A DNA stretch of 64,000 bases, taken from an uncultured Candidatus Saccharibacteria bacterium (GTDB lineage Bacteria > Patescibacteriota > Saccharimonadia > Saccharimonadales > EFPC-124). Every line of letters begins with the position of its first letter. The first letter of the stretch is position 1. The notes beneath the pieces are model-generated. The model had not been told where the DNA came from. It did no database searches and was given only the letters and a program-made list of their open reading frames with translations. The stretch lies in NCBI GenBank assembly GCA_964586395.1, contig CAZPGP010000001.1, positions 1,865 through 65,864 of the forward strand, written 5' to 3'. This document shows, in pieces, positions 1 to 8,764 of the stretch. A program made the translations under genes and the position numbers.

Positions 1-388
1 AGCCACTGTTCTTGTACGCTGTTCGAGTCAGTACATTCCACAGCTCGTTGATGTGCTGCTCGACATTGTTCTTGGGGTTGCTGTGGTAGTCGACGCGTTG
101 GTCGAAGAGATAGTCCTTGAAGTATTCGGCCACAAACTTGTGCAGGTCGAACTGCGGATTCTCGCGTTGACGCACGTAGGCCCTCAGAATCTTGCGGAGG
201 CGCTCGGCTGGAACTTGATCCACGAATGTCATACCGTCAGCATGAATACGCTTCAGTTGGACGTCTTGAAAAAGTTCACCTAACAGTTCGTCAGGTGATG
301 CCTTTGGGCGAGCCAGGCCAGGACCAAGGTTGGTTATCTGCGCCTGCAGCCGCTTACTGCTTCGGAAACGGTGTAATGGCCATTGCAT
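1..388 (-). CDS. alpha,alpha-trehalase (GH37 family), 5'-portion only; the gene runs off the left edge of the window
   Basis: Manual minus-strand translation from the ATG at 386-388 gives MQWPLHRFRSS...PDELLGELFQDVQLKRIHADGMTFVDQVPAERLRKILRAYVRQRENPQFDLHKFVAEYFKDY...HINELWNVLTR. From memory this resembles the N-terminal region of TreA/TreF trehalases (compare '...LFNDVQ...K.F.D...FADAVP' and 'DGLWPVLTR'). It is absent from the ORF track because it is truncated. Confidence 0.5.
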   Translation of the reverse strand, partial: MQWPLHRFRSSKRLQAQITNLGPGLARPKASPDELLGELFQDVQLKRIHADGMTFVDQVPAERLRKILRAYVRQRENPQFDLHKFVAEYFKDYLFDQRVDYHSNPKNNVEQHINELWNVLTRTAYKNSG

Positions 389-523
389 ATTTTTCTAGAG
401 CTTTCCCGTGTTGCAATTATAGCTAATGCTTGCAATACCCGATAGCCCGCCTTACCTATTCCAACAGATATAATCTGTGGCACAACGATATATAATTTTG
501 CTATACTTACATCTGTAATGCAA

Positions 524-599
524 GGGGCCATAGCTCAGTGGTCAGAGCAGGCGGCTCATAACCGCTTGGTCGCTGGTTCAAGTCCAGCTGGCCCCACCA
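524..599 (+). tRNA. tRNA with a CAT anticodon (elongator Met or lysidine-modified Ile2)
   Basis: Cloverleaf read directly from the sequence. Acceptor GGGGCCA/TGGCCCC with an encoded CCA; D arm GCTCAGTGGTCAGAGC; anticodon arm GGCGG-CTCATAA-CCGCT (CAT); T arm GCTGG-TTCAAGT-CCAGC. The 1-72 pair is G-C, so it is not an initiator. Confidence 0.85.
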
Positions 600-611
600 G
601 AACTTATACTC

Positions 612-645
612 AAAACACCGCTCGTCGTAAGCGGTGTTTTGATTT
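612..645. terminator. Bidirectional rho-independent terminator (perfect 10-bp stem AAAACACCGC/GCGGTGTTTT)
   Basis: Hairpin followed by TTGATTT on the + strand, and A-rich on the other side. It sits between the tRNA and the convergent MarR gene. Confidence 0.55.
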
Positions 646-666
646 AATCGGCATCGTTAACGCCAT

Positions 667-1161
667 CTACGAAGCGGAGCGGTTCGAGCGGCGTGGACCT
701 TGACGGAGTCGCTTGGTCTCTTCCGTCAGCAGCTCTGCCGTCTTGGTCGCAAAGTCGGCGATGGCTGCAGCCTCCTTAGCATCGTATCGCGCCAGGAGTT
801 CTGCTAGTTGACCTTTGATAGGTTCGAAAAGGTCTTGGACTTCCTCGTAACGGCCGCGGACGATTGGCTTGATGATGACGCGGCGGCGGTCGCTTTTGTC
901 GTGCTCGCGCTTCACGTAACCGTTTCGCTCCAGACGGTCAACAAGGCCGGTGACGGCGCCAGTTGTGAGGCCGGTCTGGTCGGCAAGCTCGCCGGCGGTC
1001 ATAGGACCAAAACGACGGAGAATATCCGCCGCTTTATGTTCCGTTGCGCTGAGCCCCATCCTTTCACCGATGGCGTGATGGAACATGATGAGCCGCGAGT
1101 TGACTTCGCGCCCCCATGAATCGATTTCTTGTTTGGGATCAAATGGTTGTGTGGTTGTCAT
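667..1161 (-). CDS. MarR-family winged-helix transcriptional regulator
   Basis: The sequence ...AADILRRFGPMTAGELADQTGLTTGAVTGLVDRLERNGYVKREHDKSDRRRVIIKP is a typical MarR HTH and wing. Start moved to the internal ATG (M8, 1161), which has an AAAGG Shine-Dalgarno 5 nt upstream. Confidence 0.75.
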   Translation of the reverse strand: MTTTQPFDPKQEIDSWGREVNSRLIMFHHAIGERMGLSATEHKAADILRRFGPMTAGELADQTGLTTGAVTGLVDRLERNGYVKREHDKSDRRRVIIKPIVRGRYEEVQDLFEPIKGQLAELLARYDAKEAAAIADFATKTAELLTEETKRLRQGPRRSNRSAS

Positions 1162-1253
1162 ACTGCCTTTCCAGCCTGCCATCAGGCGGTGTGTGACTGC
1201 TAAAATATCCTAGAAGTATACTTTACTTATTATATCATGAAAAGACTTGCACT

Positions 1254-1631
1254 CTAGTCTTCGGCTGCCAACTCCGTGTACTTAGCATGTCGTCCTTTCG
1301 CCTTGGCGATTGGATATTTCTTTTCGTTCTGTTTCATTTTATCTTCAAGTGCTTCACCCAAATCGATGTTGAAGTAACTGCACATTAGCACAATCCAGTA
1401 GTATGTGTCAGCAAGTTCTTCCGCAACCTGAGACTTATTGTTGATAAGGTGATTCTTCGTTTCCTCTGGATTCTTCCACTGAAAATGCTCCAGTACCTCT
1501 GCCGCCTCCAGCACAAGTGAAGCTGCTAAGTCTTTTGGATTGTGGAACTGTGCCCAATCTCTATCCTCACAAAATTGGCGCACGAGTTTCGTATGGTCTT
1601 TGATTGAGTCGCTCATAAGTTCACTATACAC
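1254..1631 (-). CDS. MazG-like nucleotide pyrophosphohydrolase
   Basis: All-alpha 125-aa protein with EExxE-type acidic motifs (LVLEAAEVLEHFQW..., EELADTYYWIVL) typical of the MazG/NTP-PPase family. The start codon is uncertain (GTG at 1631 or ATG at 1616). Confidence 0.55.
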   Translation of the reverse strand: MYSELMSDSIKDHTKLVRQFCEDRDWAQFHNPKDLAASLVLEAAEVLEHFQWKNPEETKNHLINNKSQVAEELADTYYWIVLMCSYFNIDLGEALEDKMKQNEKKYPIAKAKGRHAKYTELAAED

Positions 1632-1666
1632 CGTCGCAAAAGTCGATTCCGGGTCGGACAGTAACT

Positions 1667-3412
1667 TTAAAAAAGCGTTGCCTGTCGAGCTTTCTGCTCT
1701 CGACGATGGAGCTTTTTCTGGAGGGCTGCGGCTGCTGGGTCTTCGGCGCGCGGCAGAATTCGCTCACTCACCTCACGTACAAATCGCGATAGCTCGCGAG
1801 GCTCACCCGCCCGCTTCCTGGCGTACACGATATCCAGCTGATTGCGCGCCCGCGTCGCCGCCACGTAGAATAGCCGTTTCTCCTCATCGAAGTCGGTCGG
1901 CAGCGTCTTCCTGATATTCGGGAGCGTGCCTTCCTCGGCCGCGATCAGAATCACGTGCGAAAACTCCAAGCCCTTTGAGGCGTGAATCGTCATGAGCGTC
2001 ACTCTATCAGCCTGCGGGTCGTAGAAGTCTCTCTGCGCCAGATCGTCAATATACGCCATGCAAGCTCGCAATCCATCCGGCTGACCGTCAAACCGAACCA
2101 GAGTAGATACGAACTGGCTGAGTCGTTGCTTTGCGTCATCCTTGGTTGCCAAATTGAGCTGGTCAATAATCTGCGCCGCAAGCTTGCTGACGGGCTGCTC
2201 GCGGTTCACAGCTTTTAGCTGCGCCCGGAGCTGAGCCTCAGTCCAACCCTTCACTTTTGGCAACTCACCGTCGCCCAACCAACGCAGCGCGCCGACTACC
2301 GCCATTACTTCAGGCCGGTCGTAGGGCGAGCCCTCACCCACGACCTGAAACGGAATGCCCGAATCATGCAGCCGACGCTGCAACGTCTTGGAAACTTGGT
2401 GCGTACGATACAGCACCGCAAAGTCGCGAAACCGACGACCGCCCTCGCCCGCCGCCTTCAACAAGTCAGTCCCACCTATCCCCTCCTCTATCCGTGCCAA
2501 CACATAATCCGCCTCACTGTACTCATTCGGCGTACGAACTGCCTGGACACCGCCAGCTTCTGTCGAATGAGCCCGGAGTGCATCACGCCCGCCAAACACA
2601 GCCGATGCGAGAGCTACGATAGCCTGATCTGAGCGATAATTCACCTCCAGCGTCACCTCATGGCAATCAGGAAAATCCTGACGGAACCGGTCGAACATAG
2701 CCGCACTCGCCCCGCGGAATCCATAGATAGATTGCTTCGGATCACCGATCACAAAGACGTTTTGACTGCCACGGATGAGGCCGATCAATGCCCACTGCAG
2801 CTCACTTGTATCCTGGAATTCGTCGATCAGAATGTATCGATACCGACTGCGCCAGCTACTCAGTACGTCTGATTTTGTCGGCAGCTCATGGTACACCCGG
2901 TACAGCAGGTCGTCGTAATCAGCCAAGCCAGCTTCGCTCAATGCCGACTGATAGCGTTCCAAGAAAGTCTGGGTAACGTCATCAGGCTCATTATTCAATG
3001 CGCCCTTCTGCCTCGAAATAGCCAGCGCACATTCACGCACGGTCAGTGATTTCATGGTCGCAGGTCGGGGCAGCTCGCGCACAATCGCCTGCATCGTAGC
3101 CTCGTCCGCAAAACGCAGCTCGGTGCGCGGATCAATGTCTCTCAAAATACGATGTCCGAGTGAATGAAAGGTCGAAATATCAGGTGGCACAGCCCCATCC
3201 AGCAACACGCGGACGCGCTCCTGCATCTCGCGCGCGGCCTTGACCGTGAATGTCAGCGCCAAAATGTCCGTCGGCTTCACGCCGCGCTGCAACAAATGCG
3301 CGATTCGCGCTGTCAACGTCTTTGTCTTGCCCGTGCCCGGTCCTGCCACGATCAGCACTGGGCCGTCATCGGCCTCGACTGCGGCTCGCTGTTGATCGTT
3401 TAGATTTTCCAT
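1667..3412 (-). CDS. UvrD/PcrA/Rep-family ATP-dependent DNA helicase (short form, 581 aa)
   Basis: Walker A GPGTGKTKT at the N-terminus, a DEFQD motif and a YRS..IV helicase motif. The overall SF1 helicase motif order is conserved. Confidence 0.8.
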   Translation of the reverse strand: MENLNDQQRAAVEADDGPVLIVAGPGTGKTKTLTARIAHLLQRGVKPTDILALTFTVKAAREMQERVRVLLDGAVPPDISTFHSLGHRILRDIDPRTELRFADEATMQAIVRELPRPATMKSLTVRECALAISRQKGALNNEPDDVTQTFLERYQSALSEAGLADYDDLLYRVYHELPTKSDVLSSWRSRYRYILIDEFQDTSELQWALIGLIRGSQNVFVIGDPKQSIYGFRGASAAMFDRFRQDFPDCHEVTLEVNYRSDQAIVALASAVFGGRDALRAHSTEAGGVQAVRTPNEYSEADYVLARIEEGIGGTDLLKAAGEGGRRFRDFAVLYRTHQVSKTLQRRLHDSGIPFQVVGEGSPYDRPEVMAVVGALRWLGDGELPKVKGWTEAQLRAQLKAVNREQPVSKLAAQIIDQLNLATKDDAKQRLSQFVSTLVRFDGQPDGLRACMAYIDDLAQRDFYDPQADRVTLMTIHASKGLEFSHVILIAAEEGTLPNIRKTLPTDFDEEKRLFYVAATRARNQLDIVYARKRAGEPRELSRFVREVSERILPRAEDPAAAALQKKLHRREQKARQATLF

Positions 3413-3428
3413 ACCCTGATAACTCCGA

Positions 3429-4784
3429 TTAGAGCAAAGACAGCTGATTCATTGTCTCTTGCCGCTCGGCCGTATCGCGAAAAACCCGAATAACGCCAAA
3501 CACGCCATCATATCCTGGATCCAGTACGACCTCTTTACGCCTCATCCGCTCAATTGCCACGGCCAAGGCAGCGAATCCCGCATCGTGGATCTGATCGATC
3601 GGAACGTTCCGCAAAATAGAAAACTCATCGCCAAGCATCCGATATGCACGTTCGTAATCTGCCACAACTTTTACCGAGGATGTGCTCTTTGTCCCGTGCA
3701 GCTCGGCCAGTATCTCCGACAGCGGGATAATATACTCTACTTGCTTGGCAGTAGGTGGCGCAAAATCAACGGCGCGCAAAGGGTCGGCGAGCTCGCCAAC
3801 ACGATAATCCACCCCGACGACTAACGGTTTGCTGCAGACCGGACAGATGCCTTCGTGTGCGCGGGTTTGTTCGGGCGTGAAGCGTACGCTGCATGCGCGG
3901 TGGCCATCATAGTGGTACTTGCCTTCTTCCGGGAAAAATTCAATCGTACCGACGAGCCGCTCATCGTTAGTGCGAATCGCCCCGATAATACTATCGTAGC
4001 TGAGTTCAGCGCGGACGACCGTCGCCTCTCGGCCGAGTTTTTGTGGCGAATGCGCGTCGGAATGCGAAGTAATGGTGACACCATCAAGGTTCTTCACTCG
4101 CCAGTTCATGCCCGGGTCGCTACTGAGACCGGTCTCAATGGCATGGATTTCTGGCGTGAGCTCTTCGAAAGCTTCATCAATCGTATCGAAGCCCGACTTG
4201 CTCCCAAACAGCCCAAACCATGGCGTCCAAATATGCGCCGGAATGTAAAGCGTATTTGGGTCGGCCTCCAGACTCAGCCGCAATAGCTCCTTACTGTCCA
4301 AACCCAATATCGGGCGACCGTCAGCCTTCAAGTTGCCAATGCGCTCCAAGCGTGTGGTAATCTCGCTGACCGCTTCAAAGCTCGGTGCGACTAATAGTTG
4401 GTGGAGTTTGCGAACCTTACCACCCTTGCTGTAAATGGTGGCTATCTCGACGGTCGGAATGAATCGAATAATGTTATCTCGAACGCTCTCGGGCAATGTT
4501 TTGTCGATCTCGGCGGCGAGTTCGGGCTTCAAGCGAAACAGACCCGGTTCGGCTGGCTCCATTGTTTCACGAAGTTCAGCAAACCATTCGGGATGAGTAA
4601 AATCACCCGTACCAATAATGTTGATGCCCTTCAGTTTGCCCCAATAGTATAATCCGCTCAGGTCGCAATTCTTGCTGGTTGCGCGCGAATAATGCGTGTG
4701 CACATGGAGGTCGACGATGAGGTCTTGCATATCTAACAGTGTAGCATTTGCCTTCCCGCTGCCGACAACTAACGTTATAGGCAA
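3429..4784 (-). CDS. PHP-domain nuclease, EndoQ-like (TIGR00375 family)
   Basis: N-terminal DLHVHTHYS PHP metal-binding motif followed by a GTGDFTHPEW segment, and a C-terminal CPVC...-type zinc ribbon. Both the architecture and the roughly 450-aa length match endonuclease Q, recalled from memory. Confidence 0.5.
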   Translation of the reverse strand: MPITLVVGSGKANATLLDMQDLIVDLHVHTHYSRATSKNCDLSGLYYWGKLKGINIIGTGDFTHPEWFAELRETMEPAEPGLFRLKPELAAEIDKTLPESVRDNIIRFIPTVEIATIYSKGGKVRKLHQLLVAPSFEAVSEITTRLERIGNLKADGRPILGLDSKELLRLSLEADPNTLYIPAHIWTPWFGLFGSKSGFDTIDEAFEELTPEIHAIETGLSSDPGMNWRVKNLDGVTITSHSDAHSPQKLGREATVVRAELSYDSIIGAIRTNDERLVGTIEFFPEEGKYHYDGHRACSVRFTPEQTRAHEGICPVCSKPLVVGVDYRVGELADPLRAVDFAPPTAKQVEYIIPLSEILAELHGTKSTSSVKVVADYERAYRMLGDEFSILRNVPIDQIHDAGFAALAVAIERMRRKEVVLDPGYDGVFGVIRVFRDTAERQETMNQLSLL

Positions 4785-4806
4785 TGGGGAGGCGGAGTAG
4801 ACATCG

Positions 4807-4847
4807 CCCGGGTCGGGACGCCCGTCGATAGGCGTCCCGACCTCGGG
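4807..4847 (-). terminator. GC-rich hairpin (about 15-bp stem CCCGGGTCGGGACGCC / GGCGTCCCGACC(T)CGGG) downstream of the small GC-rich ORF
   Basis: Read directly from the sequence. There is no U-tract. This is an intrinsic-terminator style often seen in high-GC actinobacteria. Confidence 0.35.
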
Positions 4848-4874
4848 TTGTAAAAGGGTTGAACTGCGGCCGGA

Positions 4875-5150
4875 TCAGCAGCCGGGGTCGGCCGGCGCGC
4901 TGGACGGCTCCGGCTGCGGCACGCAAGCGGGCGCGACGTCGACGCTCACGCCCGGGGCGACCCGGACGCCGATGTCGCCACTGCCGTCCACGGTGAAACC
5001 GCCGCCGAGGCCGATGGCCACGTCCGCGCCGTCGCTGCCGAGCTGCGTGGGGATCTGGCCGGCACGGCCGCCGGTGGCCCCGGTGCGAGCGGTCGTGGCG
5101 TTGGTGGTCGTGATGCGCCGACGCCGGTTCCGATCGTCGCGAGTGGTCAT
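4875..5150 (-). CDS. Small hypothetical protein (91 aa) encoded by a roughly 72% GC islet. It has an Arg-rich N-terminus followed by a Gly/Asp/Val-rich body.
   Basis: The ORF has a strong Shine-Dalgarno (GAGGAG, 8-nt spacer, then ATG at 5150). GC content is far above the flanking roughly 50% GC genes. No recognisable domain. Confidence 0.4.
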   Translation of the reverse strand: MTTRDDRNRRRRITTTNATTARTGATGGRAGQIPTQLGSDGADVAIGLGGGFTVDGSGDIGVRVAPGVSVDVAPACVPQPEPSSAPADPGC

Positions 5151-5270
5151 GCGATCAACTCCTCGGTTGTGGCCCTAAATATACTAGGGCCAGATCTACT
5201 CCGAAATGCCCATCATGGCTTGAAGCCGTGAGGGTCTCAGAAATTCTATCATAATTTCAAGAATCAGCAA

Positions 5271-5657
5271 CTAGTTAGGGTCGTCATTGCGGCGACGCAC
5301 GCCCTCACCCGCAGCTAATTCGGCCCAATCTAGATCCCGTGGTGCATCCTCGGCCGGAGGCTCCGGCTCTCGTGCAGCGGGGACTTCCCGAGAAGGAAAC
5401 AACAGGTCAAACTCCTCATGAGTCACTTCGCCAGCCTGCAGTGCCGCAAAAGCTTTGCGAGCGATTGCTCGAGCGCCCGACCGATGTCGATCTGTTGCCT
5501 CATCACGCAATGCCCGCAGCTCCAAATAGGCTGGGCTCTGCACAACTTCCGCCATCACATCAACAGGCACGGCCACTTCAGGGGTGCCTGTTTCAAAACT
5601 TTCGATTTCGAGCTGTTCTCCATGTTGATCAGCTGGCGCGTGCTGGATTTCAGTCAT
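5271..5657 (-). CDS. Hypothetical acidic protein, translationally coupled to the ABC-2 permease
   Basis: Using the ATG 2 nt after the permease stop (GGGAGTAActATG), the ORF begins MTEIQHAPAD.... No domain recognised. Confidence 0.45.
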   Translation of the reverse strand: MTEIQHAPADQHGEQLEIESFETGTPEVAVPVDVMAEVVQSPAYLELRALRDEATDRHRSGARAIARKAFAALQAGEVTHEEFDLLFPSREVPAAREPEPPAEDAPRDLDWAELAAGEGVRRRNDDPN

Positions 5658-5659
5658 AG

Positions 5660-6772
5660 TTACTCCCAGCGGAAGACGCGGAAAGCGATCACGTAAATGA
5701 TAATGCTCCACACGCCGATCATTCCGAGCTGCGGCAGGATGTCTACAAAATGTTTGCCCTCGGTCGCAAGCAGTCGGATACCATCAATCACCGGCGTCAG
5801 CGGCAGAAATGCCGAAACGTTCTGCAACCACTCAGGCATCAGGAATCGTGGGAAGAATGTGCCAGACAGGAACATCATCGGAAAGACGACGATGTTGCTC
5901 AGTGGTGCGGCTTGGCGTTCGTTCTTTGCCCAACCACCCAGCGCAAGGCCGATACCTAGGATCATCATAATACCGATAACCAAGAAGATCGCGATCTCTA
6001 TAGGATTTCCCACCACTTTCAGATGGAAGATGCTGATAGCAACCGTGAACAACACCGCCATGGCGAACAGACCGATGACTGCCTGACTCATCATGGTCGA
6101 CAGGAAATACTGCCAGACGCGAATTGGTGTCGTGTGGAAGCGGCGCAAGATGCCTTGCTTCTTCAGCTCAGGGAAGATGTTGATCGGACCAAAGATACCC
6201 ATACCGATGATCGAAAAGCCAAGCAGCCCAGTGAACGTGTAGTCAAACGCGCTCAGGCTTTGGTCGTTCGTCTGCTGCGAAGTGACCGTAAATGGCTCCT
6301 TGGTATCGACGAGCTTGGCATTGATAGCCTTGAACTGACCCTGCAGGACGGACTGCAATGTCTGTGCGGCTTGAGCGTTGTTCTGGCTGTAAATGATCTG
6401 CGCCTGACCACTTGGGTAAGCCTCGCCATTCTTCACTTCACCAAACTCCTTCGGCAGGACAATGGTTGCATCAATCTCGCCACGGTTCATACGTTCCTTG
6501 GCAGCGTCGATATTGTTCACTTCGGTGTTAACTTTCAGAATTTTGCCGTCGTCCAGAGATTTGGCGATGTCCTTCGAAGTTTGCGAGGTTGATTCGTTCA
6601 AAAGTGCAACCTTGAACGAAACGCCATTGCTGTTGTTGCCAAACAGGCCGCCGAATACAAACAGGAAGATCAGCGGGAATGCGACCGTGAAGAAGATCGC
6701 CGTCTTGTCGCGGAAATAGCGGCGAGTGTTAATGCGCGCAAATGTCCAAACGGTGTAAAGTTTTCGTTGCAT
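5660..6772 (-). CDS. ABC-2 type transporter permease
   Basis: A 370-aa protein with an N-terminal TM segment, a large extracytoplasmic loop and a C-terminal six-TM bundle. It lies immediately downstream of an ABC ATPase. Confidence 0.75.
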   Translation of the reverse strand: MQRKLYTVWTFARINTRRYFRDKTAIFFTVAFPLIFLFVFGGLFGNNSNGVSFKVALLNESTSQTSKDIAKSLDDGKILKVNTEVNNIDAAKERMNRGEIDATIVLPKEFGEVKNGEAYPSGQAQIIYSQNNAQAAQTLQSVLQGQFKAINAKLVDTKEPFTVTSQQTNDQSLSAFDYTFTGLLGFSIIGMGIFGPINIFPELKKQGILRRFHTTPIRVWQYFLSTMMSQAVIGLFAMAVLFTVAISIFHLKVVGNPIEIAIFLVIGIMMILGIGLALGGWAKNERQAAPLSNIVVFPMMFLSGTFFPRFLMPEWLQNVSAFLPLTPVIDGIRLLATEGKHFVDILPQLGMIGVWSIIIYVIAFRVFRWE

Positions 6773-6774
6773 AG

Positions 6775-7536
6775 TTAAGCCCTCAGCTCCTTACCGGTCA
6801 GGTCGATAAACACATCCTCTAGGTTAGCCTGCTCGACGTGTTGTGGCTTCTTGAAGCCCTTGCCTAGCAGATCCTTGATGAGCTTCTTAGGCGTATCAAG
6901 GGCGACAATGTTGCCACTGTCCATGACCGCCACGCGGTCACACAGCACTTCGGCTTCGTCCATGTAGTGAGTCGTTAGGATGACGCTAATGCCCTTGTCG
7001 CGCACATGTCGCACGAGGTCCCATAGATTACGGCGAGCCTGGGGGTCCAGGCCGGTTGTCGGCTCGTCCATGAAGAAAATCTTTGGGTTGTGAACCAGCG
7101 CCGCAGCGATGCTAAAGCGCTGCTTCTGGCCGCCGCTCAGCGTCTCTACGTAGCTATCAGCCTTCTCCAGAAGGTCGACGTCCTGCAGAAACTCATTCAC
7201 ATCGACTTTTTCGCCGTATGCCGCAGCGAAAAGTTCGATCAGCTCACGCAGCTTTGTCTTGTCCTGAAAAGCCGGACTCTGCGGCTGCACACCGATAATG
7301 CTGCGGATATCGTAAGGATTTTCGGCAACGTCAACGCCGTCTATTGTGGCCTTGCCGCCGTCGATAGGACGGAGCGCTTCTATCATTTCCAGCGTGGTTG
7401 TCTTGCCAGCGCCGTTTGGTCCGAGAATGCCAAATATCTCACCCCGACGAACCTCAAACGAAATCCCGTTCACGACCTTCTTGTCGTCGTAGGATTTCTG
7501 TAGATTTTCTACAACTAGAATATTATCTTTTGCCAT
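6775..7536 (-). CDS. ABC transporter ATP-binding protein
   Basis: Walker A GPNGAGKTTT, ABC signature LSGGQKQR, Walker B IFFMDEPTTGLD and an H-loop. Confidence 0.9.
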   Translation of the reverse strand: MAKDNILVVENLQKSYDDKKVVNGISFEVRRGEIFGILGPNGAGKTTTLEMIEALRPIDGGKATIDGVDVAENPYDIRSIIGVQPQSPAFQDKTKLRELIELFAAAYGEKVDVNEFLQDVDLLEKADSYVETLSGGQKQRFSIAAALVHNPKIFFMDEPTTGLDPQARRNLWDLVRHVRDKGISVILTTHYMDEAEVLCDRVAVMDSGNIVALDTPKKLIKDLLGKGFKKPQHVEQANLEDVFIDLTGKELRA

Positions 7537-7584
7537 ATTACCCCTAATCGTACCACTCCGACCACTGATACTTCAATTCAAACC

Positions 7585-7636
7585 AAAAAAAGACCGGTCC
7601 GAAAACCTTAGGTCTTGGACCGGCCATTTTCTCCCC
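7585..7636 (-). terminator. Rho-independent terminator (stem GACCGGTCC...GGACCGGCC with a flanking T7 run on the minus strand)
   Basis: Hairpin followed by a U-tract, downstream of the 7692..7910 gene. Confidence 0.55.
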
Positions 7637-7691
7637 TTTTTGTTTGATACTAGCTTAGCATTGCAAACGCCGGGGGCACAAGCCAAATTTA

Positions 7692-7910
7692 TTATGCTTC
7701 GGCTTTGTGGATCTTCTTCAGAGTGAGGAAGCCGTTGCGTGGGTTTTCCTGAACGCCGTAGCCTTCTGGAAGTGCTGAGACAGCGTCATCTGGGCGCTCG
7801 TCCTTAGCGAAGAAGTAAATGGTTTGCTCTTTACCACCGCGGAGCACAACCTTCTTTGAGTGCAAGTAGTAAGTTACCCCTTTTGAATTTGTGTGAGTGT
7901 AGGCTGCCAT
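7692..7910 (-). CDS. Small conserved-looking hypothetical protein (72 aa)
   Basis: Strong Shine-Dalgarno AAGGAGGA 11 nt upstream of the ATG; followed by its own terminator. Confidence 0.55.
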   Translation of the reverse strand: MAAYTHTNSKGVTYYLHSKKVVLRGGKEQTIYFFAKDERPDDAVSALPEGYGVQENPRNGFLTLKKIHKAEA

Positions 7911-8004
7911 GCTAGTAGTTATCCTCCTTTTAGCTGCTTACGTGATTTTACATTACGCTTGGGCGCAAACCTTTGTCAACAGGGAAGTACAGATAGGAAC
8001 AAAA

Positions 8005-8643
8005 CTAGGACGCCTGATGGCGCCACCGAAGAAGCAGATAAATAACCCACATGAGGATGAGCCGAAATGCGATTATCGCGGCGATAAGCATAGCCGTTAA
8101 CAGAGTAAAACCTGCGACGTCTGGACTCCATAGAGGAGCGGCAAAATTGAACCGGTAGAGGTCGGCCGAAGGCGCCTGAATGCTCGCGACTGGATCTGCC
8201 GCAGCACCACTCGCCGCGACTTTATCCGTCACACATTGGATGTACGCCGGGAACGACGATGTCTTGCTGAACAAATCCTGACAAGCCTTATCCGCCTGCT
8301 GATACGTCACGGCACTGGCGCTACCGCCTTGGGCCGCCTTCTGAACCGCCACGTCGTAAGCTCGTTGGTAGCTGTGCTCTAGGTAGATTCCACGATCCCC
8401 CATGCCGGTGTTCATGTGCGTAGCGATGTAGCTCTGGAGGTTGTTGAGGGCGACCGGGATATCCTTGTTCTGCTCATCGGCTTGCATCACCAAATTGCGC
8501 AGCTCAATCATCCGCAGATTATTCTGACGCATAAAGAACGCCGAGGCCGCGACCAGCACAACCAAAACAGCCAATAATTGCCACGTCTTAACTTGCCGTA
8601 AAACGACTAATGTGTGATGAAGTCTGCGCTTGTTCACTCCCAC
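8005..8643 (-). CDS. Hypothetical membrane-anchored protein (N-terminal TM plus C-terminal TM)
   Basis: Hydrophobic segments at both ends; no recognisable domain. Confidence 0.45.
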   Translation of the reverse strand: MGVNKRRLHHTLVVLRQVKTWQLLAVLVVLVAASAFFMRQNNLRMIELRNLVMQADEQNKDIPVALNNLQSYIATHMNTGMGDRGIYLEHSYQRAYDVAVQKAAQGGSASAVTYQQADKACQDLFSKTSSFPAYIQCVTDKVAASGAAADPVASIQAPSADLYRFNFAAPLWSPDVAGFTLLTAMLIAAIIAFRLILMWVIYLLLRWRHQAS

Positions 8644-8764
8644 CTACTTTCCTTATGTCCTATTGTAGCAGCTTGACGCCTCACCAGTCGGATAGTCTAC
8701 AGGCCCGCAGAGGCGGGTTGTAACTGCAACACTTGAACTTATTGATGATATACTGACCAGTGAT

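Noticed and set aside
334-531. A 65-aa minus-strand ORF spanning the tRNA promoter region, and the 53-283 / 226-426 plus-strand ORFs
   Set aside because: They overlap the truncated trehalase gene, which reads in a different minus frame, or the tRNA gene and its AT-rich promoter. No RBS.
4603-4926. A 107-aa minus-strand ORF bridging the EndoQ-like gene start and the GC-rich islet
   Set aside because: It overlaps the better-supported PHP-nuclease start and the GC hairpin. It is out of frame with the RBS-bearing small ORF.
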